Of a stretch of 64,000 nucleotides of DNA, positions 56,826-64,000 are shown in pieces; positions within the stretch are counted from its first letter, which is position 1; every line of letters starts with the position of its first letter. The translations under genes and the position numbers were made by a program. The DNA lies in contig CBDHDY010000043.1 of assembly GCA_965261885.1 (NCBI GenBank), positions 103,417 through 167,416 on the forward strand, in the 5' to 3' direction. Below the pieces are notes generated by a model, which was given only the letters and a program-made list of their open reading frames with translations, was not told where the DNA came from and did not search any database. This DNA comes from Dehalococcoidia bacterium (lineage in GTDB: Bacteria; Chloroflexota; Dehalococcoidia; Lucifugimonadales; UBA3495).

Positions 56826-57290
56826 CAGCCCGACCGATGCTTTCCCGGTAGGCTGGCAGGAATCAGTTGGCGACAACTATTCTCGCCGGCCTGTTGCGGC
56901 CGCTGGAATCCCCTTAACCCTCTGGTAGCACTCCGTTCACAAACCCGGCCAATTTCCTGATGTTTTCGGCAGACACCTTTGCCTGTATGCGACGGGCGCA
57001 TCAGCAACGTACCGGGGCAGTTCCGGCAGGTTGTGGCGGAGGCAGATGTGCAGCCATTCCCGATTGACCTTCTCTTAGGCCCGCAACAGAAACTGCCATG
57101 AGCCTAGGCCCAGCTTTATCCGGCCGAACACCCGCTCCACCGGCTCCATCCGCAGCGCTAGGCGCTCCCGCCCGCGTTCTTGATGCCCTCTACCATGGCG
57201 GCGTTTCTGATTCCTCCAACTTTTCGTGGATGAGCCTTCGATACGCTGGCCACCGTCTGGTTGTATCGTAGGCAGTGCCACCGCTCCTCC
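56822..57290 (-). mobile_element. decayed IS (IS5/IS1182-type) remnant whose end resembles the MITE-A terminus
   Basis: The end CTAGCAGCCCGACCGAT compares with the MITE-A end CTAGCAGCCCGTCCGAG. The minus strand encodes a transposase C-terminus, ..MEPVERVFGRIKLGLGSWQFLLRA*EKVNREWLHICLRHNLPEL, with an in-frame stop. Confidence 0.6.
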
Positions 57291-57398
57291 AAATTGACGC
57301 CTTGCTTAACGGGCTCGCAATCACTGGCAGGCTCTTCGCGTTGACATTGTCCGCTTGCGATATCTACACTCGCAGCAAGTACGGACAAAGAGGTTGGC

Positions 57399-58319
57399 AT
57401 GAAGCGTTTCGAATATTTGGAGGCGCGCACACTGCGGCAGGCAATAGGGATGCTGCAACGGCACGGCCCGCAGGCCAGGATCGTGGCGGGCAGCACCGAT
57501 TTCCTGGTCCGGTGGCGCGCCGGGTTCTGGCATCCTGACCACGTGGTGAACATACAGCACATCCCGGGCCTCAGCCGCGTGACCTACAGTCGCCGGAGCG
57601 GACTGCGGCTGGGTGCGTTGGCGACCATCCAGGCGCTGGAGCAGCATCCGGCCATCCGCCAGCATTACCCGGCACTGGCCGCGGCTGCCGCTTCCTTTGC
57701 GGGCGTCCAGGTGCGGAATCTGGCTACGGTGGGCGGCAACATCTGCAACGCTTCGCCCTCGGGAGACACCCTGCCCGCGCTGCTCGCTTACGCGGCTGAA
57801 TGTCGCCTGTCGGGACCGGACGGGCATCGCCAGGTCGCTCTCGACCAGCTCTTCACCGGGCCGGGGCAGACTGTGCTGGCCCACGATGAGGTGCTGAGCG
57901 AGATCACCCTGCCGCCGCCTGCGCCCAATACCGGCGCACTGTACATCAAGCACAGCCCGCGCGGGGCCATGGACATCGCCACCGTTGGGGTGGCATCTGC
58001 AGTGTCGGTGGACCGGTCGGGAGTGTGCACCGGCGCGCGCATCGCGCTCGGCGCGGTGGCTCCGATCCCCCTGCGGGCCCACGCCGCCGAGGAAATGCTG
58101 CTGGGGCAGAGATTGGACGCAGAGTTGCTGCACGCGGCATCCCATCAGGCGATGGCCCAGGCCACTCCGATAGACGATGTCCGCGGCACGGCCGGCTACC
58201 GCCGCCAGATGGTGGGCGTGCTGGCTCGCCGTACGCTGGAACGCGCCGCCGCAGAGGCAACTGGAAGCGCGATCCCCTACGAAGACTACCGGCGGCTCGC
58301 CATCCAGGTGGCCGTCTGA
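57399..58319 (+). CDS. molybdenum hydroxylase FAD-binding medium subunit (CoxM/XdhB-like)
   Basis: 306 aa starting MKRFEYLEARTLRQAIGMLQRHGPQARIVAGSTDFL. Confidence 0.9.
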   Translation: MKRFEYLEARTLRQAIGMLQRHGPQARIVAGSTDFLVRWRAGFWHPDHVVNIQHIPGLSRVTYSRRSGLRLGALATIQALEQHPAIRQHYPALAAAAASFAGVQVRNLATVGGNICNASPSGDTLPALLAYAAECRLSGPDGHRQVALDQLFTGPGQTVLAHDEVLSEITLPPPAPNTGALYIKHSPRGAMDIATVGVASAVSVDRSGVCTGARIALGAVAPIPLRAHAAEEMLLGQRLDAELLHAASHQAMAQATPIDDVRGTAGYRRQMVGVLARRTLERAAAEATGSAIPYEDYRRLAIQVAV

Positions 58320-58375
58320 CCAATCGAGCACCCCCAGAATTGAAATTGATGAAGAACACCCAACAGGACGGCAAT

Positions 58376-58852
58376 ATGAAGAGCGTTGTCCAGATCACCG
58401 TAAACGGAACGGAGCGCACCATTCTGGTTGAACCCTACTACTCGCTGCTGGACATGTTGCGGGACGAGTTGCACCTGACCGGCACCAAGAAGGGGTGCGA
58501 CGAGGGCGACTGCGGCGCCTGCACCGTGCTACTTAACGGCCAGCCTGTGACCTCGTGCCTGGTGCTGGCCCACAGCGCTCACGATGCCGATGTCACTACT
58601 GTGGAGGGTCTGGCCGCGGGCGGCGAGCTTCACCCGGTGCAGCGCAGCTTTGCTGAAAACGGAGGACTCCAGTGCGGCTACTGCACGCCGGGTCTGATCA
58701 TGGCCACGGTGGGGCTGCTGAATGAGAACCCGGATCCCTCCGAGGAGGACGTGAAGTTCGGCCTCGGGGGAAACCTGTGCCGGTGTACCGGCTATTCAAA
58801 GGTGATTGATGCGGTGATGGCCGCTGTTGAGAGTTCGAAAGGGACGGAGTAG
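58376..58852 (+). CDS. (2Fe-2S)-binding small subunit (CoxS-like)
   Basis: MKSVVQITVNGTERT...CDEGDCGACTV...CGYCTPG...CRCTGY. An alternative ATG is at 58349. Confidence 0.9.
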   Translation: MKSVVQITVNGTERTILVEPYYSLLDMLRDELHLTGTKKGCDEGDCGACTVLLNGQPVTSCLVLAHSAHDADVTTVEGLAAGGELHPVQRSFAENGGLQCGYCTPGLIMATVGLLNENPDPSEEDVKFGLGGNLCRCTGYSKVIDAVMAAVESSKGTE

Positions 58853-58857
58853 CAGAG

Positions 58858-61152
58858 ATGGCTGAGTTCAATGTTCTTGGCAAGAGCCTCGTTCGCGTCG
58901 ATGCCTACGACAAGGTAACCGGCCACGCCACCTATGCCGGCGACGTGTACCTGCCCGAGATGCTGATGTGCAAGGTGCTGACCAGTCCTCGCAGCCACGC
59001 ACGCATCGTCAGCATCGACACGTCCGGGGCCGAGGCTCTGCCCGGCGTGAGGGGCGTGATCACCGGCAGGGACTTCCCGGATGTCTTTTTCGGCTCCGGA
59101 GCCCTTCGCGACCGCAGGATCATGGCACGCGATGAGGTCTTCTACGTCGGCGAGCCGGTGGCGGCGGTGGCAGCCGATGACGAGATAACGGCGGTGGAGG
59201 CACTGTCCCTGATCAAGGTCGAATACGAGGATCTTGACCGGGTGGTCGACCCGGTGGCGTCCCTCACCGGCGGCACCACCACCGTTCACCCTGACCTGGA
59301 AAACTTCGAAGGATACGGCTTTGCCCTCGGCGGGAACAACTGCACCATGCTGGACGCCGACCGCGGCGATGTGGACCAGGCCTTCGCGGAAGCCGACCAT
59401 GTTATCGAGGAGACCTACCACACTCAGCCCATCAACCAGGGCTTCCTCGAGCCCATGGCCTGCGTCGCCAATGTGGAGGCCAACGGGCGGCTCACCGTCT
59501 GGGCGTCCACTCAGGGCCCGTACCAGGTGAGACAGCAGCTGGCCTCGGTGCTGGACATGCCCATCGGCAACATCAAGATTATCGCAATGGAAATGGGCGG
59601 TGGCTTCGGTGCCAAACTGCGGCTCGCCCTCGAGGCCTTCCCCGCGTTTCTGGCGATGAAGACGCACCGCCCAGTCAAGCTGGTCAACACCCGTGAGGAG
59701 ACCTTCACCCTGAACGGCCCGCGGCTCGAGACCAACATATACATCAAGACCGCGGTCACCAGCGACGGCAAGATAACGGCCCGGGAGGCCCGCAGCGTAT
59801 TCGATGTGGGAGCCTACCTGGGGGCCGGACCGAACTCCGGCGTCGGCCATGGCCTGGGGGCCTACGAAATACCCAACTTCCGGTTGCGCTCCTACGGCGT
59901 ATACACCAACAAGGTATATGTCGGCTCATACCGCGCCTCGGGCGTCGCTGACATGACCTTTGCCGTCGAGTCTCACATGGACGTCATCGCTCACAAGCTG
60001 GGCCTTGACCCTCTGGAGTTCCGGCGCAGGAACGCCCTGAAGGAGGGCGACGTCGGCGTAAGCGGCGCCCGCATCCCCCGCAACGGTTTGGCCGAGGTAA
60101 TGGATGCGCTGAAGGATAAGATGGCTTCGTCCCGTTCCGGTGGGGACTCGGAGGCGGGCAACGGACGCATGGCCCGGGGTGTGGGCATAGCTGTCGGCGA
60201 ATGGCGCAGCGGCAGCGGGCCATCCACCGCATCGATCAGCGTCAACGAGGATGGCACCGTCGGGCTGCTGACCGGCTCGGTGGACATTTCCGGCAGCGAC
60301 ACTTCGTTGGCACAGATCGCCGCCGAGGTGCTGGGCCTGGAGCTGGAGCAGGTGAATGTCGCCAAGCGCGACACCGACCTCGCTCCCTTCACTGGCCCCA
60401 GCGGAGGCAGCCGCATCGTGTACAGCCAGGGAAAGGCGGTAGAGATGGCTGCCGGTGACACCAAGGACAAGCTGATGGCGCTGGCAGCTGATCGCCTGGG
60501 TGTGCAGGCCGATGCCCTTGACTGCGAAGGCGGCGCGGTCTACGTCATGGACAACCCGCCCCAGTCCATCGGGCTGGGCCAGCTGGCGCGGATGAGTCTG
60601 TCGTCACGCGCCGGTCCCATCGTGGGAACGGCGTCGCTGTCCAGCATGCCTTACAACCCGGTGTTCAACGCCCAGGGCGCGGAGGTCCTGGTCGACCGGG
60701 AGACGGGGCAGGTGCGTGTCACCCGTTTCGTGCAGGCCCAGGACGTGGGGCTGGCCGTGAACCCCATGGGGGTGGAAGGGCAGCTCGAAGGCGGCGCGGT
60801 GCAGGGCATCGGCCGGGCGCTGAGCGAGGAAATCCTCATTGACCGCGACACCGGGCAGGTGCGCAACGCCTCTCTGGCAACCTACCTGATGCCACTGGCC
60901 ATAGATATGCCCGAAATCGAAAACGTACTGGTGGAAGTGCCCAGCGAGGACGGCCCCTTCGGCCTGCGCGCCGTGGCCGAGCCGCCCGGATTCGGTCCGC
61001 CTGCCGCCATCGCCAACGCCATCTACGACGCTGTCGGAGTACGCATCCGCACCCTGCCCCTCAGTGCGGAGCGCGTGCTCGCTGCCATGCAGGGCCGCGA
61101 TCCGGAGGACTACGGCCTGGACGCGGAGGCCCTACGCTCTGCGGAGGCCTAG
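58858..61152 (+). CDS. molybdopterin-binding large subunit (CoxL / aldehyde-oxidase / xanthine-dehydrogenase family)
   Basis: 764 aa. Lies in operon order with the M and S subunits. Its TAG stop lies in the CTAG flank of MITE-A copy 2. Confidence 0.9.
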   Translation: MAEFNVLGKSLVRVDAYDKVTGHATYAGDVYLPEMLMCKVLTSPRSHARIVSIDTSGAEALPGVRGVITGRDFPDVFFGSGALRDRRIMARDEVFYVGEPVAAVAADDEITAVEALSLIKVEYEDLDRVVDPVASLTGGTTTVHPDLENFEGYGFALGGNNCTMLDADRGDVDQAFAEADHVIEETYHTQPINQGFLEPMACVANVEANGRLTVWASTQGPYQVRQQLASVLDMPIGNIKIIAMEMGGGFGAKLRLALEAFPAFLAMKTHRPVKLVNTREETFTLNGPRLETNIYIKTAVTSDGKITAREARSVFDVGAYLGAGPNSGVGHGLGAYEIPNFRLRSYGVYTNKVYVGSYRASGVADMTFAVESHMDVIAHKLGLDPLEFRRRNALKEGDVGVSGARIPRNGLAEVMDALKDKMASSRSGGDSEAGNGRMARGVGIAVGEWRSGSGPSTASISVNEDGTVGLLTGSVDISGSDTSLAQIAAEVLGLELEQVNVAKRDTDLAPFTGPSGGSRIVYSQGKAVEMAAGDTKDKLMALAADRLGVQADALDCEGGAVYVMDNPPQSIGLGQLARMSLSSRAGPIVGTASLSSMPYNPVFNAQGAEVLVDRETGQVRVTRFVQAQDVGLAVNPMGVEGQLEGGAVQGIGRALSEEILIDRDTGQVRNASLATYLMPLAIDMPEIENVLVEVPSEDGPFGLRAVAEPPGFGPPAAIANAIYDAVGVRIRTLPLSAERVLAAMQGRDPEDYGLDAEALRSAEA

Positions 61153-61304
61153 CAGCCCGTCCGAGAAACAATGTTCTAAGCGAATATCGTCGTTAATAAC
61201 GTGAATTATTCAGAATACTGGTGTACTGGAGCCTATTAGTCACCAATGCGATTAGACAGTGGCGCTTTTCGTCTCCAAAATCTAATCCTCGGACAGGCTG
61301 CTAG
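61149..61304 (-). mobile_element. MITE-A copy 2 (inverted)
   Basis: Exact reverse complement of 30136-30291 across all 156 nt. Confidence 0.85.
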
Positions 61305-61360
61305 CGAAACTGTAGCGGTCGGCGCGTGGCAAACCGCGTGGCAAGCCTAGAACAAAATGT

Positions 61361-61400
61361 GGGTCCGGCGACGAAAATCCTCCGTCGCCGGACCCTTTAT
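61361..61400 (+). terminator. intrinsic terminator of the coxMSL-like operon
   Basis: GGGTCCGGCGACG-aaaatcctc-CGTCGCCGGACCC, then TTTAT. Confidence 0.75.
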
Positions 61401-61698
61401 GATTGAGTGGGTCCTCTCCTGATTGGGGATCGGATTTCTTCTCAGGTCGCGGCAAGGCGTAGCTCCGGCGTCGCCTTTTCATGGCAGGTTCCTTACGGGC
61501 GGCGGCCCTGCTTCTGCGCCGGGTTGAACGCCACGCCAGGCCCGGGGGCGTCTGGGCGTCAAAGCCAGGTTTCCCACCGATGGGGCCAGCCGCCATAGTG
61601 TTCAGGTCCGTCATTGCCGGGGCGTAGGTTACCCGCATTCCGTCGGCCTGGTAGGCGCTAAACACTTTACAGGCGGTTCTCAGGCTGACCGGTCCCTG

Positions 61699-62020
61699 TC
61701 ACCGCCCGGGAGAGTGTATCGGCTGTACCGTGGCGGTCCCCGGCTCCTTCACCCGGATCACGCCCCAGAGTTGGTCCAGGTAGCGCCGGATCAATGGGGT
61801 GCCGATGCGGGCCCGGCTCCACATTTCCGGCGGCACGGGAAGTGCGCCCATCTGGAGGGGAGCAAGGCCGACATGGAAGTTGTCTGGACCAGACCGGGCA
61901 TGACAATGTGGTTGCCGGGACCGATGACCTCGGCGTCGGGATGTTGGCGGACTACCTTCCGGAAGAGACCTTCCGCATCGGTCTTCCCGTCTCGCTAGTA
62001 CCGCGCCATCTGCCACCGCC
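61699..62020 (-). pseudogene. amidohydrolase-like N-terminal remnant with frame breaks
   Basis: One frame reads ..EVIGPGNHIVMPGLV and then shifts to ..DNFHVGLAPL...; this compares with the PGxxDxHxH metal-site pattern. No intact ORF. Confidence 0.3.
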
Positions 62021-62158
62021 TCTTCCGAATGGTGTGAGTAACCCTGCAGACGACTTACTTTCTCGAAAGAGTGACAGTGTCATTGAGGTCTCCCCGAATA
62101 CGGACGCCCCGCGTTACTCTGAGCAGTGGAACGATAGGCGCCGGTTTCGTGGGGCCAA

Positions 62159-62740
62159 CTACCGCAAAACTATGTAATTCCAGCCCCGGAACAGGGTGCG
62201 GCCCCGGAAAGTCTGTCCACTCGTGACGTCCACAGCCACCACAACAGGTGGAATCGCCGCCAGGTTGACCGTCGAAAGCGTATTGAAGGCCGCCAATTCC
62301 GGGTCCGGATCGAAGAACCGCCATTCCCGGGTGCGGCTGTCCAACCACCAGATTCTCTCCAGGGTACCTCTACTGATAACGAACTCGAAGAGCTCCCCGA
62401 CTGGTTGCTCGCCGGCCCCAGGCGCGGGAGTCAATGGCCGCTGGGTGGTCGGGATATAGTTCCAGCCCCGGAATAGCCGCAATCCCCGGAACCGCTGCGG
62501 CTGCGGCTGCGTTACATTGACGGCGACAATCGTCGGCGAATCTGACGCCAGGTCGAGAGTCTGAAATGTGTTGAACGGCCGCAGAGTCGGATCAGGGTCG
62601 TAGAACACCCACCGCTGCGTGCGGGCGGATCGTTCGTAAAGGGCGGAGGTAAATTGTCCCGTGCGGGCGGGTAATCTCTGACAAACGGCGGTTGCAAATT
62701 GGACCGTCCGCCGCCATTCATAGGGTTGTAGCCGACCCAT
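62159..62740 (-). CDS. tandem-repeat domain protein of unknown family, 5' end replaced by the IS21 end
   Basis: Two repeats of roughly 55-90 aa: RWVFYDPDPTLRPFNTFQTLDL..VAVNVT..FRGLRLFRGWNYI and EWRFFDPDPELAAFNTLSTVNL..VAVDVT..FRGRTLFRGWNYI. Codons above about 62655 lie in IS21-end sequence. Confidence 0.5.
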   Translation of the reverse strand: MGRLQPYEWRRTVQFATAVCQRLPARTGQFTSALYERSARTQRWVFYDPDPTLRPFNTFQTLDLASDSPTIVAVNVTQPQPQRFRGLRLFRGWNYIPTTQRPLTPAPGAGEQPVGELFEFVISRGTLERIWWLDSRTREWRFFDPDPELAAFNTLSTVNLAAIPPVVVAVDVTSGQTFRGRTLFRGWNYIVLR

Positions 62741-64000
62741 GGATGGTGTGATGGATGTACGAGGTGGACGTATATCTGCGGGTTCGCCGGGCGGTGATGG
62801 TGGAGGGGATGAGCATACGGGAAGCTGCCCGGGTGTTCGGCCTGCACCGGGACACGGTGCGCAAAATGCTGGCCTACTCCGTGCCGCCGGGCTACCAGCG
62901 ACAGACCCCGCCCAGGAAGCCCAAGCTGGAGCCCTTCACAGGCGTCATAGGCCGGATCCTGGAGGACGATCACGGGCGTCCCAGGAAGCAGCGCCACACG
63001 GCCAAGCGCATCTTCGAGCGGCTCAGGGACGAGTACGGCAAGGGCGGCGGATACACCACGGTCAAGGACTACGTCAGAGAGAATCGCCGTCAGACCAGGG
63101 AGATGTTCGTGCCCCTGTCCCATGCGCCGGGACACGCCCAGTGCGACTTTGGCGAGGCCCTGGTGGTCATCGGCGGCGTGGAGCAGAAGGCCCACTGCTT
63201 CGTCATCGACCTGCCCCACAGCGACGGCTGCTTCGTGAAGGCCTACCCGGCGGAGACCACCGAGGCCTTCCTTGACGGGCACGTTTCCGCCTTCGCCTAC
63301 CTGGGCGGAGTGCCTCAGAGCATCCTCTACGACAATACCAGGCTGGCTGTTGCCCGGATCCTGGGCGACGGCCGCCGCCAGCGCGCGAGAGCATTCACCG
63401 AGCTGCAGTCCCACTACCTGTTCGAGGACCGGTTCGGCCGCCCCGGGAAGGGCAACGACAAAGGCAAGGTGGAGGAGCTGGTGGGGTACGTGCGCCGCAA
63501 CTTCCTGGTGCCGGTGCCGTCCTTCGAAAGCTTCGATGCACTCAATGCCCACCTGGAACAACGATGCCTGGAACGAATGGACCGCAAGCTCAGAGGCCAC
63601 ACGGAAACTATCGGTCAGCGTATGGAGCGGGACCTGGACGCCCTGCTGCCCCTGTCTCCGGTGGCCTATCATGCCTGCGAGAAGCAGGCGGGCCGGGTGA
63701 GTTCCCTGCCCTTGGTCCGGTACAGGACCACCGACTACTCGGTGCCGGTGGCCTACGGATACCGGGACGTCCTGGTACGGGGCTACGTGGGCCAGGTGGT
63801 GATCAGCTGCGGAACCGAGGTCATAGCCCGGCACATCCGCTTCTATGAGCGGGACGATTTCGTCTACGACCCCATCCACTACCTGCCTCTCCTGGAACGG
63901 AAGCCGGGAGCCCTGGACCAGGCCGCTCCGCTACAGGCATGGAACCTCCCCGAGGAGTTCGGGGCGCTGCGCCGGCTGCTGGAAGCGCGCATGGGACGCA
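62655..64000 (+). mobile_element. IS21-family element, left part (continues beyond the window)
   Basis: Subterminal direct repeats AAATTGTCCCGTGCG and AAATTGGACCGTCCG lie upstream of istA. The left boundary is approximate (TGTCCC at 62655). Confidence 0.7.
62755..64000 (+). CDS. istA: IS21-family transposase IstA (partial, no stop in the window)
   Basis: Not in the ORF track. Translation from ATG 62755 gives MYEVDVYLRVRRAVMVEGMSIREAARVFGLHRDTVRKML...HAQCDFGEA...LPHSDGCFVKAYPAETTEAFLDGH...ILYDNTRLAV...RPGKGNDKGKVE... Confidence 0.9.
   Translation, partial: MYEVDVYLRVRRAVMVEGMSIREAARVFGLHRDTVRKMLAYSVPPGYQRQTPPRKPKLEPFTGVIGRILEDDHGRPRKQRHTAKRIFERLRDEYGKGGGYTTVKDYVRENRRQTREMFVPLSHAPGHAQCDFGEALVVIGGVEQKAHCFVIDLPHSDGCFVKAYPAETTEAFLDGHVSAFAYLGGVPQSILYDNTRLAVARILGDGRRQRARAFTELQSHYLFEDRFGRPGKGNDKGKVEELVGYVRRNFLVPVPSFESFDALNAHLEQRCLERMDRKLRGHTETIGQRMERDLDALLPLSPVAYHACEKQAGRVSSLPLVRYRTTDYSVPVAYGYRDVLVRGYVGQVVISCGTEVIARHIRFYERDDFVYDPIHYLPLLERKPGALDQAAPLQAWNLPEEFGALRRLLEARMGR

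Noticed and set aside
30136-61304. The 31-kb block between the MITE-A copies as a composite transposon or genomic island
   Set aside because: The content is ordinary catabolic genes like the flanks. There is no transposase at the ends, no integrase, and no outer target duplication that I could identify. Only inversion potential is claimed.
62512-63879. 455-aa minus-strand ORF
   Set aside because: It is antisense to the unmistakable IS21 IstA reading frame, which is absent from the track only because it has no stop in the window.

Overview
High-GC bacterial chromosomal segment dominated by catabolic and oxidoreductase genes. It holds five luciferase-like (LLM) flavin monooxygenase paralogs, two amidohydrolase_2 genes, five alpha/beta-hydrolases, a Rieske oxygenase and a CoxMSL-type molybdenum hydroxylase. 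It also holds an amidase, a GGT-family gene, M20 and S9 peptidases, an FAD/BBE oxidase, a DAO-type oxidase, and a peptide-type ABC importer with no ATPase genes. This paralog profile, plus several lipoproteins with Pro/Thr-rich linkers, resembles marine Chloroflexota (SAR202-like); that is inference only. I found no rRNA, tRNA, CRISPR array, reverse transcriptase or recognisable defence genes. The unusual content is mostly non-genic. (1) Two 100% identical 156-bp MITE-like elements lie in inverted orientation 31 kb apart, each sitting on gene stop codons inside a CTAG target. A decayed IS elsewhere in the window has a matching end. (2) A second MITE family is present as two diverged inverted copies, and deleting them in silico restores one continuous ORF. 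(3) A five-copy family of ~110-160 nt structured intergenic repeats keeps its hairpins while the stem sequences differ; one copy is split by an intact IS1380-family element. (4) There are four IS families (IS1380, IS5/IS1031-type with an A8 run, ISAs1 debris, IS21 at the window edge) plus several decayed genes. (5) An HspR-like MerR regulator faces two small unknown ORFs across an AT-rich region with two near-consensus promoters and a HAIR-like dyad. Three genes carry a single frame-breaking or stop lesion (a VOC gene, a collagen-like/spondin lipoprotein, a triple-META lipoprotein). These could be real decay or assembly indel errors. No clearly novel multi-gene system is demonstrable from sequence alone; the candidates are ranked under findings.
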